Positions 47,900-57,914 of a DNA stretch of 64,000 nucleotides are shown piece after piece. Position numbers and translations under genes: made by a program. The stretch is from an uncultured candidatus Porisulfidus sp. (GTDB taxonomy: Bacteria; Pseudomonadota; Gammaproteobacteria; Poriferisulfidales; Poriferisulfidaceae). Position 1 is the stretch's first letter. Every line of letters starts with the position of its first letter. The stretch lies in contig OZ243950.1 of the NCBI GenBank assembly GCA_965214545.1, forward strand, positions 59,044-123,043. The letters run 5' to 3'. A model generated the notes under the pieces. The model was given only the letters and a program-made list of their open reading frames with translations, was not told the DNA's origin and ran no database searches.

Positions 47900-48028
47900 G
47901 CCGCAGTTCTTCGTTGATGCGCCAACTCTGCAGCGCCTATAAATGTCTCAAGGGGCCGAAGTGTTCTCAAGGGGTCTTGGAATGAACAAACTTTGGAAGT
48001 GAGTGCCGTACGATTTTGGACATGGATC

Positions 48029-48622
48029 TCACAGAAGAGCCATGTCGTACCGGTTAAGGAAGGCAAAAAGATTTTCTCCCATGTAGTCCGGGAATGATCC
48101 TCGCTCATGAACCGTCAAAGCAGATTGCGCTCGATCAAACAAAGCCACGAGTTTCTGTTCTGGATCGTGACGGGAGATGTAGACGATGCCATCCGCTTGG
48201 TCGGGGTGCCCATGGAATGCGCAAGCCCACTGTTGGGCCAGATCATAGTCTTCAGTACAGATGCGCGCATCCAAGCCCATACGGATTAAGCCTTTCCCAG
48301 CAAGGTCGACAAGCCGAAGGCTTCGCGTAGAACGAAATTCCGCTACGTGAATCCGTGCAAGGAATCCTGCTGAAACTTGGCGTTGCCGTTGACGGCAAAA
48401 TACTTCTGCAAATGCGCCGTCGATCTGCTGTGCAAGATACAGCGTCCCGAATTGCCCATCAGAAGAATCAAAACGATTGTTTCCCGAACAGCCGAAGTGC
48501 ATGGGGGCGAAGCGGTTTCCGTGCAAGCGGAACCATTGCTGGTTTTCGGGGATTCGAGTCAGGGCAAGCGAACGATTCCGCAATTCCCGCGTAGGGCGGG
48601 CAAGGCGTCGCAGGGGGACCAT
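48029..48622 (-). CDS. RES-domain toxin (NAD+ phosphorylase-type)
   Basis: NRFD..GTLYLA..AFAEVF..DGIVYISRHDP (R, E, S residues present). Confidence 0.85.
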   Translation of the reverse strand: MVPLRRLARPTRELRNRSLALTRIPENQQWFRLHGNRFAPMHFGCSGNNRFDSSDGQFGTLYLAQQIDGAFAEVFCRQRQRQVSAGFLARIHVAEFRSTRSLRLVDLAGKGLIRMGLDARICTEDYDLAQQWACAFHGHPDQADGIVYISRHDPEQKLVALFDRAQSALTVHERGSFPDYMGENLFAFLNRYDMALL

Positions 48623-48630
48623 CGAGTTGT

Positions 48631-49227
48631 CTAGACCGCGCCTTGTTGCCCCTGCATGCGGGCTGCCCTTAGAACTGGTTTCAGGTTTTTCTTGCGAAGA
48701 AGGTCAAGGGGACGTTTGCCATTGGCCGCTTCATCTTCGCTCAGGAAGAAGATGAGGCGTGTCCAAGGGTCTTGGTCGGCTAGGAGTTCGAGGATTTCGG
48801 TCATGCCTTCGAGCGGTGCGGATTCGCCGAATTGCCAAGAGGGGTACAGGTATCCGTTCGGGCCCTCGATGGCAAGCAGTTTGTTGGCGGCCCGGCGCTG
48901 CCCTACGGATTGGCGGCTGATGCCAAGGAGTTTGGCAACGGATGAGGGAGACAAGATGCCACCCTCGCTTTCCAATAGTTCACGCCGTGCGAGCGCACCG
49001 CGAAGGCGGACTCTGAGTTCCGGGGATTCCTGCACTGGAGCGAGAGCCAGCATTTTTATGACAGTCCAGAAATCGTCACTTGCCGAAAGGGCTTGAGCCT
49101 GTTCCTGCCCTGAGAGGGAACGATAGGCATTCTGGAAATACCGCTGAATCCGGGCTAGAAGGGCCGCTTCGGCAGGGTTCCGGGCTGGCTCAAGATTAGA
49201 CAGATCCTCATAGGCTACGCTTTTCAT
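48631..49227 (-). CDS. Antitoxin partner of RES toxin (HTH plus MbcA/Xre-like C-terminus)
   Basis: VAKLLGISRQSV HTH, YPSWQF, GKRPLDLL; AGGAG RBS; 8 nt upstream of RES gene. Confidence 0.8.
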   Translation of the reverse strand: MKSVAYEDLSNLEPARNPAEAALLARIQRYFQNAYRSLSGQEQAQALSASDDFWTVIKMLALAPVQESPELRVRLRGALARRELLESEGGILSPSSVAKLLGISRQSVGQRRAANKLLAIEGPNGYLYPSWQFGESAPLEGMTEILELLADQDPWTRLIFFLSEDEAANGKRPLDLLRKKNLKPVLRAARMQGQQGAV

Positions 49228-49249
49228 AAGGGTTCTCCTAGCAAGATGC

Positions 49250-49289
49250 TTTACACTATATTATATCGTAATAATGTAAATAATGTAAA
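49250..49289 (-). promoter_or_regulatory. Sigma70 promoter with TTTACA repeats (putative autoregulatory operator) of RES TA module
   Basis: Minus strand TTTACA (49289-84), 18 nt, TATAAT (49265-60); second TTTACA at 49280-75 and inverted copy at 49250-55. Confidence 0.6.
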
Positions 49290-49379
49290 TCATTCAAACT
49301 ACAAAAGACACCCTGACACCATGATAGATTAAAGCGGTCTATTGCGGCACGGGGTGTTGGCCCGGCTTTGCCGCAACAG

Positions 49380-50225
49380 TCACTTAGCGCGACGCCAGAC
49401 AGGTCCGCGGCAGACCGGGTAGATCGACCAAGGTATTTGCGCTCCCCCATCCCGCCCGTTCGACAATCTTTCGACAAATCCCCCCTGATCCGCGCCGTGC
49501 TCCAGCAGCAGCCGGGTACGCCGATGTGCGTGTCGGCGTGCCTGCACGGCCAGGATCCGGATCGCCTGGGTCCCCCGGGCAGGGGCGACCAATGCATGAC
49601 GGGGCTCCCGACGCACGCCGGGAGATTGCAGGTGCGGGTCGTGGAGCATGACGTAGGGCGGATTTCCGAGGATCAGGTCGAAAGTGCCGCCGGGCCACGG
49701 GTGACGCCAGTCTCCCCGCGTAAAAAGGACATTCTTCAACCGTAATCGCAGGGCATTGCTTTGGGCCAGTTTGATTGCGGCGCGTGACTGATCCAAAGCC
49801 AGGACCCGGCAATCCGGCCGGGCGCGGGCCAGGGCCAAGGCAATCACGCCGCTGCCGGTGCCCCATTCGAGAATGTGTGCCCGGCGCGGCAACCCGCGCA
49901 AGGCCTGCTCCACGAGCAACTCGGTCTCCGGGCGGGGCGCCAGGACCCGGGAAGTGAGTCGGACCGAAAAATCCAGGAAGTCGCACTCGCCGCACAAGTG
50001 GGCGACCGAATGGCCGTCTTGCCGGCGGCGGACCAGGGCGGTGCCGCGTGCCTGTTCGGTCGGCGACAGCGACCACTCCGGATGCGCCAGCATCCAGGCC
50101 CGGGAGCGGCGCAGGGCATGGCTCCACAGCCATGCGGCATCGACTGCTGGGCTGTCGCTGCAGGAAGCCAGCCGGGTCCGGGATTCGAGCAGCGCCTGGC
50201 GGAGGGTGAGGGGCTCAGCCGCCAC
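49380..50225 (-). CDS. prmC: Release factor glutamine methyltransferase PrmC, frameshifted near 3' end
   Basis: PRPETE, EWGTGSG, NPPY, LEHGADQ; canonical C-terminus continues in another frame (stop 49384). Confidence 0.9.
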   Translation of the reverse strand: MAAEPLTLRQALLESRTRLASCSDSPAVDAAWLWSHALRRSRAWMLAHPEWSLSPTEQARGTALVRRRQDGHSVAHLCGECDFLDFSVRLTSRVLAPRPETELLVEQALRGLPRRAHILEWGTGSGVIALALARARPDCRVLALDQSRAAIKLAQSNALRLRLKNVLFTRGDWRHPWPGGTFDLILGNPPYVMLHDPHLQSPGVRREPRHALVAPARGTQAIRILAVQARRHAHRRTRLLLEHGADQGGFVERLSNGRDGGAQIPWSIYPVCRGPVWRRAK

Positions 50226-51303
50226 CGGCCTGTTCGGCCAATTGCATGGCCCGATGTTCCTGCCGCAGGGGGTCGATGACCGGGCCGAGCTCCCCTTCGA
50301 GCATCTCGTGCAGGGAGTGCAGGGTCAGCCCGATCCGGTGATCGGTGACGCGGCTCTGTGGGAAGTTGTAGGTACGGATCCGCTCGGAGCGGTCGCCGCT
50401 GCCGATCAGGTCCCGGCGAAGGCTGGCTTCCTCTTCTGCTCGCCGCTTGCGCTCCCGGTCCAGCAGCCGGGCCCGCAGAAGCGACAGGGCCTGTTCCCGG
50501 TTGCGGTGCTGCGAGCGTTCGTCTTGGCACTCGATCACGAGGCCGGTGGGCAGGTGCGTGATGCGCACGGCCGAGTCGGTCTTGTTCAGGTGCTGACCCC
50601 CGGCGCCGGACGCGCGGAAGCGGTCGATGCGCAGGTCATCCGGGGACAGTTCGATCTCGCCGATGTCCTCGGTTTCGGGAAACACCGCGACGGTGGCCGC
50701 CGAGGTATGGATCCGGCCCTGGGATTCCGTCTGCGGGACGCGTTGCACCCGGTGCACGCCGGACTCGAACTTGAGGCGGGCGTAGGCATCCCGCCCCCGC
50801 ACGCGCGCCACCACTTCGCGGAATCCGCCTTGCTCGCCCTCGTTGTGGTTGAGCGATTCGATCTGCCAGCCGTTCTGCTCGGCATAGCGGCTGTACATCC
50901 GGAACAGGTCGCCGGCGAACAGGGCGGCCTCGTGCCCGCCGGTGCCGGCCCGAATCTCCAGAAACGCGTTGCATTGGTCGTGCGGGTCGACCGGGATCAG
51001 CAATTCCTCGATTTCCTTCTCGATCTCAGCGAGCCGTTGTTGCAGGCGCACGCGCTCCTCGTCGGCTAGGGTGCGCAAGGCGGCATCGGGTTCGTCCTGG
51101 AGTTCGGCGACGGATTCCAGTTCCTGCCGGCAGGCACGATGGTCTTGGTACCGGTCCACCAGTGGTGCCAGCCTTGAGAATTCGCTGGACAGCTCGCGGT
51201 GGCGGGTCCGGTCGGACAGCACCTCGGGGTCCGCGAGTTGCTGCTGGATCCAGGCGTGGCGTTCGACCGAACAGTCGAGCCGGGCCTGAAGGGATTCCCT
51301 CAT
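50215..51303 (-). CDS. prfA: Peptide chain release factor 1
   Basis: LEIRAGTGG, ESGVHRVQRVPQTE (PxT), GAGGQ, DRSERIRTYNFPQ. Confidence 0.97.
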   Translation of the reverse strand: MRESLQARLDCSVERHAWIQQQLADPEVLSDRTRHRELSSEFSRLAPLVDRYQDHRACRQELESVAELQDEPDAALRTLADEERVRLQQRLAEIEKEIEELLIPVDPHDQCNAFLEIRAGTGGHEAALFAGDLFRMYSRYAEQNGWQIESLNHNEGEQGGFREVVARVRGRDAYARLKFESGVHRVQRVPQTESQGRIHTSAATVAVFPETEDIGEIELSPDDLRIDRFRASGAGGQHLNKTDSAVRITHLPTGLVIECQDERSQHRNREQALSLLRARLLDRERKRRAEEEASLRRDLIGSGDRSERIRTYNFPQSRVTDHRIGLTLHSLHEMLEGELGPVIDPLRQEHRAMQLAEQAGGG

Positions 51304-52565
51304 GAGTCCGGGGAGCGGGCCTTGAGCAGGGTGCGTGCCGCGTCGAGCAGGGACTGGTCGTTGTCCTGGCCGGCCTCGTTCAGGGCCTGGGTCGGGGTGT
51401 GCGTCAGGCGGTTGCACAGTGTGTGGGCCAGCCACTCCAGCGTCTCATCGGTTCCGCGGCCGTGTTTCAGCCGCTGCTGCGCCTGCTCCAGCGTGGTGTC
51501 CCGCAGCTGCTGCGCCTGGTCGCGGTAGTCGCGGATCAGGGCGAACGCGGACTCGCTCTGCGCGCGGCGCGCGAACTCTTCCACCTGCCGGTCGATGATC
51601 GCGCCGGCTTGGCGGCGGGCGTCCTCGCGGGATTGCAGGTTCTTCTCGATGACCTGACGCAGGTCCTCCTGGGTGTAGAGGTAGACGTCGGGGAGGCTCG
51701 CGATTTGCGGCTCGATGTCGCGTGGCACCGCCAGGTCCACCATGTAGACCGGCCGGTGCTTGCGCCGCCGGACGACGTCCTCGACCCGGCCCTTGCCGAG
51801 CACCGGCACCGGGCTCGCCGTGCTGCTGATGACGATGTCCGAGTCTTCCAGTGCATGGTCGATATGGGACATCGGGATGGCGTGCGCCAGCAATTCCCGG
51901 GCCAGTTTCTGGGCCCGTTCCAGGCTGCGGTTGGCGATGGTCAGGTGGCCGATGCCGGCATCGTTCAGGTAGCGCGCCACCAGCCGCGCGGCTTCGCCGG
52001 CCCCGATCACCAGCGCCCGGCGGTCCTGCAGGCGGTCGAAGAACTGCTGGGTGAGCGAGACGGCGACGTGGGCGATGGAGACCGGGTTCCGGCTGATCTC
52101 GGTCAAGGTGCGGACTTGCTTCGCGGCCGCGAAAGTGTGTTGGATCAGGCGGTGCAACTCGCCGCCCAGCGTGCCGGCCTGTTGCGCATCGCGCGAGGCC
52201 TGCTTGAACTGGCCGAGGATCTCCGGCTCGCCGGGGACCATGGAATCCAATCCGCTCGCAACCTCGATGGCGTGGCGGACCGCATCGCCGGCGGTGTGCC
52301 AGTACAGCGCGTCCTGCAAGGTCTCCGGATTTACCTGGTGCCAGTGGCACAGCCAGTCCCGGGCCTGTGCCAGATCCTCCGCGGTGTCGTGGCTGAGGTA
52401 CAGCTCGGTGCGGTTGCAGGTGGACAGGATGACCGCCTCGCTGATGTTCGGCAGCGAGGCCAGCTCCTTGAGAGCCGCACTCAGCGCGTCCTGGGTGAAC
52501 GTGATTTTCTCGCGCAGGTCCAGGCTGGCGGTCCGATGATTGATGCCCAAGGCGGCCAATGCCAT
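51300..52565 (-). CDS. hemA: Glutamyl-tRNA reductase
   Basis: GINHRTA, LSTCNRTE, GLDSMVPGEPEILGQ, IGAGE, DLAVPRD. Confidence 0.97.
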   Translation of the reverse strand: MALAALGINHRTASLDLREKITFTQDALSAALKELASLPNISEAVILSTCNRTELYLSHDTAEDLAQARDWLCHWHQVNPETLQDALYWHTAGDAVRHAIEVASGLDSMVPGEPEILGQFKQASRDAQQAGTLGGELHRLIQHTFAAAKQVRTLTEISRNPVSIAHVAVSLTQQFFDRLQDRRALVIGAGEAARLVARYLNDAGIGHLTIANRSLERAQKLARELLAHAIPMSHIDHALEDSDIVISSTASPVPVLGKGRVEDVVRRRKHRPVYMVDLAVPRDIEPQIASLPDVYLYTQEDLRQVIEKNLQSREDARRQAGAIIDRQVEEFARRAQSESAFALIRDYRDQAQQLRDTTLEQAQQRLKHGRGTDETLEWLAHTLCNRLTHTPTQALNEAGQDNDQSLLDAARTLLKARSPDS

Positions 52566-52606
52566 AATATCGGGGTTTCCCAAGCCCGGTTGCTGCGACG
52601 GTTATC

Positions 52607-54436
52607 TTGTCCATTTTACGCCAAAATTCCCTTTTCATAAGGCCGTTTGCGGGCCCGGCCCGGAATTGTTTCGGGGCGGCGGGCTTGGTTTTCCTGCTCG
52701 GACTGGCCGCCGGCTGCCAGATTCTGCCCGAATCGGGCACCCTATCCGGCGGGCCACAAACGCCTGAAGCATCCGACGCGGTCGAGGTGACCGAAACCCC
52801 GGTCGCAGACCTGATGTACGAATTGCTGCAGGGCGAGATGAGCGGATTCCGCGGCGAATTGCCGGCCGCATTCGAGCACTACTACCGGGCCTCCCTGTTG
52901 ACGGACGATCCCGAGGTTGCCTCGCGGGCGACCGAGATTGCCCTGTGGATGCAAGATTCTGCCCGCGTGCTGAAAGCCGCGGTGCGCTGGCGGAGCCTGG
53001 TGCCTGAAAATCCGCACCCGTTGCGCGTGCTGGGATCCATTCATGCGGCCCAGGGAGACATTCCCGCCGCGCTCGACGCGTACCAGGAGTCCATGACCGT
53101 GTCGCCGCTCAGCCTGGAACTGGATCTCCTCGCGGTCTCGAATTCCCTCTCCACTCCAGAGGCGCAGCCGGTCCGGCTCGAAGTCCTGCGGGGGCTTGCG
53201 AAACTCTATCCGAACAGCGCGCACGCGCATCTCCACGTGGCCGGCATTGCGCGTTCGGAAGATCGGCTCGATGAGGCCCTGGCGGCCGTGCGCCGGGCCT
53301 CCGAGGTCCTCCCGCAATGGCCGGAGGCGATCACCTTGCAGGCCGACATCCTGCGTTCGATGGAGCGCTCCGAGGAGGCGGCGGCCCTGTTGCGGGAAGC
53401 CCTGGCGCAGCCGATAGAAAACGCGCAGCGCCTGCGCCAGATGCTGGCGGACTTGCTCAACCGCCTGGGGCGGGAGGACGAGGCGCGGGAACAATTCCGC
53501 CAACTGCTCGAATCCGATCCGGGCAATCCGCACTGGCAGATGACCCTTGGCTCCCTGGCGCTGTTGGCGGGCGACTGGAAAGAATCCGAAGCGCATTTCC
53601 TGGCGCTTGCCGACAACTCCAGGCCGCTGGTATCCGGCCAGCCACTGGCGTTGAACCGCTCGGTCAGCGCGTACTTTCTCGGGCTCGTGTCCGAGGAGGG
53701 CGGGCAGACGCGCAAGGCCATGGACTACTACTACCAGGTCGAGGAACGGGACTACTTCGGGGTCGACGAGTACTACGAGAAGGCGCGGGTGCGGATCGCG
53801 CACCTGCTGTTGGATGCGGGGAACCTCGAACAGGCGCGGATGCACCTGAGGGTGTCGCGCGGGCGCAGCCGGCAGGCGGACAGCATTGTGCAGCTGTACG
53901 TCGCGGAGGGGGACTTGCTGTACGGCCTGAAGCACTACGATGACGGGCTGACCCTGATGAACCGCGCCCTGGAGGAATATCCGGGCCGGGCGTCGCTGCT
54001 GTACAGCCGCGCCTTGCTGGCGGAACGGCTGGGCCGGATTGACTGGCTGGAGCGGGACCTCCAGGCCGTGCTTGCGGAAGACCCGGACAACGCCCAGGCG
54101 CTCAATGCACTCGGCTATACCTGGGCGGATCACAACCTCAACCTGGAGCAGGCGCGGGAACACATCGAGCGGGCGCACGCGCAACTCCCGGGCGATGCGG
54201 CGATCACCGACAGCCTCGGCTGGGTGCATTACCGGCTGGGCAACCTCGATCAGGCGGAGGCGCTGCTGCGGCAGGCGTTCGCGCTGCTGGCCGAAGGGGA
54301 AATCGCGGCCCACCTGATCGAGGTTCTCTGGGTGCAGGGGCGGCACGAGGAAGCGCGCCGGATCTACCGCGAGACCATCGAGCGGCTGCCGGACGACGAA
54401 TTCCTGGCCCGGGTCGGGCAGCGCTTCTCCTTATGA
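52607..54436 (+). CDS. TPR lipoprotein (conserved between hemA and lolB)
   Basis: Lipobox LAAGC, many TPRs, ALNALGYTWAD, DSLGWV, EIAAHL; start uncertain. Confidence 0.88.
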   Translation: MSILRQNSLFIRPFAGPARNCFGAAGLVFLLGLAAGCQILPESGTLSGGPQTPEASDAVEVTETPVADLMYELLQGEMSGFRGELPAAFEHYYRASLLTDDPEVASRATEIALWMQDSARVLKAAVRWRSLVPENPHPLRVLGSIHAAQGDIPAALDAYQESMTVSPLSLELDLLAVSNSLSTPEAQPVRLEVLRGLAKLYPNSAHAHLHVAGIARSEDRLDEALAAVRRASEVLPQWPEAITLQADILRSMERSEEAAALLREALAQPIENAQRLRQMLADLLNRLGREDEAREQFRQLLESDPGNPHWQMTLGSLALLAGDWKESEAHFLALADNSRPLVSGQPLALNRSVSAYFLGLVSEEGGQTRKAMDYYYQVEERDYFGVDEYYEKARVRIAHLLLDAGNLEQARMHLRVSRGRSRQADSIVQLYVAEGDLLYGLKHYDDGLTLMNRALEEYPGRASLLYSRALLAERLGRIDWLERDLQAVLAEDPDNAQALNALGYTWADHNLNLEQAREHIERAHAQLPGDAAITDSLGWVHYRLGNLDQAEALLRQAFALLAEGEIAAHLIEVLWVQGRHEEARRIYRETIERLPDDEFLARVGQRFSL

Positions 54437-55035
54437 GGGGGGCGGGACTCGGCCTGGCGGCCTTCCTGTTGACGGGGTGCCCGTTGTTCCAGGGGCCGGG
54501 AGAAACCGGGCCGGGGGCCTCGGCAGACGCCCGGCTCTGGGAGTCGCACCGCCAGAGCGTGGCGGGGTTGCGGGACTGGAGCCTGCAAGGCCGTTTCGGC
54601 CTGCAATGGGGTGACGGTCAGGCCCAGGGCCGCCTGCGGTGGCGCCAGGCGGGTGCGGAGTTCGAGTTGCGGCTGAGTGGGCCGTTCGGGCTGAACCCGG
54701 TGCACGTGACCGGCAATCTGCAAAGTGGGCAGGCGATCCTCGACGACGGGGAAGAGCGGCTTGAAGGAGAACTGGAGACCCTCATGCGGGCGCGCTTGGG
54801 TTTTGCGCTGCCGCTGGCAGAACTGGCGCAGCTCGTGCGCGGCATCCCGGTCTCCGACACCGGCGAGGTGAGGCTCGACGGGAAGGCTCGGGCCCGGCAT
54901 ATCCGCCAGGGGGGCTGGGACATCGACTACCGCGACTACAGTTGCTGCGAGGAGCCGGCTCTGCCGGGCCGGGTGCGTTTCGCCCAGGAGGCGATGCGCG
55001 GCGTGCTGGTCGTTCGGGAATGGAGCCGGAACTAG
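54433..55035 (+). CDS. lolB: Outer membrane lipoprotein receptor LolB
   Basis: Lipobox LLTGC, WSLQGR, LSGPFG, QGGWDIDY, LP. Confidence 0.9.
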   Translation: MRGAGLGLAAFLLTGCPLFQGPGETGPGASADARLWESHRQSVAGLRDWSLQGRFGLQWGDGQAQGRLRWRQAGAEFELRLSGPFGLNPVHVTGNLQSGQAILDDGEERLEGELETLMRARLGFALPLAELAQLVRGIPVSDTGEVRLDGKARARHIRQGGWDIDYRDYSCCEEPALPGRVRFAQEAMRGVLVVREWSRN

Positions 55036-55038
55036 CTG

Positions 55039-55869
55039 ATGCGCCTGTACGCCCCGGCCAAGATCAACCTGTTCCTGCACGTGACCGGCCGCCGCGAGGA
55101 CGGCTACCACGAGTTGCAGACCCTGTTCCAGTTAATCGATTACACGGACTGCCTGACGATCGAACCGCGCGAGGACGACCGTTTCGAGTACGCGGACGAT
55201 ACGGCCGGGGCCTTCGCCGGGAGCAACCTGTGCCTGCGGGCCGCCGAACTGGCGCACGCCCGGCACCCCGGAGGCTGCGGAGCCACGATTTTTCTCAACA
55301 AGCGGATCGCGGTTGGCGCGGGCCTCGGCGGCGGTAGTTCCGATGCGGCCGCCGTGCTGCACGGGCTCAACCGCCTGTGGGGCCGGCCGTGGGGAACGGA
55401 GGAGTTGGCCGGGATCGGCCTGGAGCTGGGCGCGGACGTGCCGCTGTTCGTCCATGGGCGCACCGCCTGGGCGGAAGGCGTGGGGGAGCGGCTGACGCCG
55501 GTGGACCGTGCGGAGGGGTTTGCGCTGGTCGTGCCGACCCCGTCGGAGGTCAGTACGGCCGAGGCCTACCGGTCCCTGCAATTGACACAATGGAGCCGCC
55601 CCATCAAAATGGGCGCGGCAGACGCGTATTGGGGGAGCAACGTGTTCGAGGAACTGCTCCGGTCGCGGCTGCCGGAAGTCGGGACACGCCTGGACTGGTT
55701 GCGCCGCTATGCGCCGGCCGCCATGACCGGGTCGGGCGGTTCGGTCTTCGCGTGGTTCAAGGATCGCGGCGAGGCCGAATCCGTATTGGCGCGTTGTCCG
55801 CCGGAATGGAGTGGACGGGTTGCCGCGGGTCTCGCGCGCTCCCCCCTGCTGGCGCAGGCGGGGGCGTGA
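55039..55869 (+). CDS. ispE: 4-diphosphocytidyl-2-C-methyl-D-erythritol kinase
   Basis: APAKINLFL, GAGLGGGSSDAA, GADVP, MTGSG. Confidence 0.96.
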   Translation: MRLYAPAKINLFLHVTGRREDGYHELQTLFQLIDYTDCLTIEPREDDRFEYADDTAGAFAGSNLCLRAAELAHARHPGGCGATIFLNKRIAVGAGLGGGSSDAAAVLHGLNRLWGRPWGTEELAGIGLELGADVPLFVHGRTAWAEGVGERLTPVDRAEGFALVVPTPSEVSTAEAYRSLQLTQWSRPIKMGAADAYWGSNVFEELLRSRLPEVGTRLDWLRRYAPAAMTGSGGSVFAWFKDRGEAESVLARCPPEWSGRVAAGLARSPLLAQAGA

Positions 55870-55876
55870 AGGATGT

Positions 55877-55954
55877 TGGGCCGTCGCCAAGTCAGGTTAA
55901 GGCACGGGGTTTTGATCCCCGCATTCGCAGGTTCGAATCCTGCCGGCCCAGCCA
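55877..55954 (+). tRNA. tRNA-Gln(TTG)
   Basis: Acceptor TGGGCCG/CGGCCCA, anticodon arm CGGGG-TTTTGAT-CCCCG, GGTTCGAATCC, CCA; usual ispE-tRNA-Gln-prs context. Confidence 0.96.
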
Positions 55955-55981
55955 TTTTGCAACTCGTGAACGGATACTAGG

Positions 55982-56938
55982 ATGAGTGATTACGACGACC
56001 TGGTGGTGTTCAGCGGAAACGCCAACCCGGCGCTTGCGCAGAAGATCGCCCAGTACCTCAGCATTCCGCTGGGCAAGGCCGACATCGGCCGTTTCAGCGA
56101 CGGCGAGGTGCGTGTGGAAATCAACGAAAACGTGCGCGGCAAGGACGTGTTCATCGTGCAGCCGACCTGCCGGCCGACCAACGAAAACCTGATGGAGCTG
56201 GTGATCATCGTCGACGCGCTGCGCCGTTCCTCGGCCGAGCGCATCACCGCGGTGGTGTCGTATTTCGGCTATTCGCGTCAGGACCGCCGGGCGCGCTCGG
56301 GACGGGTGCCGATCTCGGCCAAGCTGACCGCGAACATCATCACCGCGGCCGGGGTCAACCGCTTGCTGACCATTGACCTGCATGCCGACCAGGAGCAGGG
56401 CTTCTTCGACATCCCGGTCGACAACATTTACGCCTCGCCGATCCTGATCAAGGACATCTGGCACCGCCACGGCGGCGACCCGTTGGTGACGGTGTCGCCG
56501 GATATCGGCGGGGTGGTGCGCGCCCGCGCGTTCGCCAAGCAGCTCGGCAGCGAGCTGGCCATCATCGACAAGCGGCGGCCGAACCCGAACGAGTCGGAAG
56601 TCATGAACATCATCGGCGAGGTCGAGGGCATGTGCTGCGTGATGGTCGACGACATGGTGGACACTGCGGGCACCTTGTGCCATGCGGCGGCGGCGCTGAA
56701 AGAGCAGGGGGCCACGCGGGTGGTCGCCTACGTCACGCACCCGGTGCTGTCGGGACGGGCGATCGAGACCCTGTCGGGTTCCGTGCTGGACGAGCTGGTC
56801 GTCACCGACACCATCCCGCTGAGCGCCGAGGCCATGGAGTGCGGCCGCATCCGCGTGCTCAGCGTGTCCGAACTGCTGGCCGAATCGATTTCCCGCATTC
56901 ACCGCAACGAGTCGATCAGCACGCTGTTCATCGAATGA
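55982..56938 (+). CDS. prs: Ribose-phosphate pyrophosphokinase
   Basis: [38 protein letters not shown]. Confidence 0.98.
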   Translation: MSDYDDLVVFSGNANPALAQKIAQYLSIPLGKADIGRFSDGEVRVEINENVRGKDVFIVQPTCRPTNENLMELVIIVDALRRSSAERITAVVSYFGYSRQDRRARSGRVPISAKLTANIITAAGVNRLLTIDLHADQEQGFFDIPVDNIYASPILIKDIWHRHGGDPLVTVSPDIGGVVRARAFAKQLGSELAIIDKRRPNPNESEVMNIIGEVEGMCCVMVDDMVDTAGTLCHAAAALKEQGATRVVAYVTHPVLSGRAIETLSGSVLDELVVTDTIPLSAEAMECGRIRVLSVSELLAESISRIHRNESISTLFIE

Positions 56939-57060
56939 GGCGGGCGGCTTCGCGCCGTCCCGGACTTTCCGTTCGCTGTTTCTGGAAATCGGCTTAAAAA
57001 AATTTTTGTATAATGGCGCCTCCAAACGCATAACCAAGAACAACCTGGGACCCAAAAAAT

Positions 57061-57834
57061 ATGTTCACCAGCAATCCTTTTGCTGAGCTTTCGACGTACA
57101 TCGATGTTGCCGTGACGCAGACCTTCGTGGTCGTCATGTTTGCTCTGGTCGTGGTGGGTACGTTGTTTGACGTCATACATAAAAAGAGCGCCAAGTATTT
57201 TTTTGAAGACTGGCGGAAATCCAAGGCGAAGGGCAGCAATCCGGTCGGCGGCGGACAAGTTATGTCCCTGGCGGCCCGGACCCTGGCCAGCGAAGTGCTG
57301 ACTTCATCGGAATTTTGCTCCGCCCGGAGGCGTATCGCCCACCTGCTCACGATGTACGGCTTCGTCGGCTATGTCGTGGCCACCGCCATGATGGTGTTCT
57401 GCCACCCGACCGAGACCGGCCCCGCGGTCTGGCCGATGCTGTGGCACATCGGGGCCTTGATGGTGTGCGTCGGCGGCTACTGGTTCTGGTTTTTCATCCG
57501 GGTGGATGTTGCGGCCGAAGGGAATTCGCGGTTCAGCCTGTCGCAGGCCGACCTATTCGTTCTGTCGTTGCTGGCGAGCACGACTTGGGCCTTGGTCTGG
57601 TCGTGGCTGGGAACCTCGGGCTTCGGATGGCTGGCGTTTGGGCTGTACGTGTTCTCGACCGCGGTCCTGTTCGGATCCATCCCCTGGTCCAAGTTCGCCC
57701 ATATGTTTTTCAAGCCCTCGGCCGCCTTGCAGAAGCGGGTGGCGGAAGCGGCCGGGTCGCGGAGCAATCTGCCGGCGCCGGCGGACAAGCCTGAAACCCT
57801 GGGTTCGGCGCGTGAAATGCCGACCAATTATTAA
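57061..57834 (+). CDS. aprM: APS reductase membrane anchor AprM
   Basis: MFTSNPFAEL, HKKSAKYFF, RRIAHLLTMYG, WFFIRVDV, PWSKFAHMFFKP; precedes aprBA. Confidence 0.92.
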   Translation: MFTSNPFAELSTYIDVAVTQTFVVVMFALVVVGTLFDVIHKKSAKYFFEDWRKSKAKGSNPVGGGQVMSLAARTLASEVLTSSEFCSARRRIAHLLTMYGFVGYVVATAMMVFCHPTETGPAVWPMLWHIGALMVCVGGYWFWFFIRVDVAAEGNSRFSLSQADLFVLSLLASTTWALVWSWLGTSGFGWLAFGLYVFSTAVLFGSIPWSKFAHMFFKPSAALQKRVAEAAGSRSNLPAPADKPETLGSAREMPTNY

Positions 57835-57914
57835 CCCGCCTAATCGGTTTCCGATTCGGCCCCCCTTGAAAAAGGACCCCTGGTTCACTCAACAATAGGA
57901 GAGGACGGAACAGC

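Noticed and set aside
47946-47974. Direct repeat TCTCAAGGGG x2 downstream of the RES toxin
   Set aside because: Only two 10 bp copies with no matching copy at the other end of the cassette; may be chance.
55877-55954. Enlarged D-loop in tRNA-Gln (AAGTCAGGTTAA)
   Set aside because: Within normal D-loop length variation; all stems pair.
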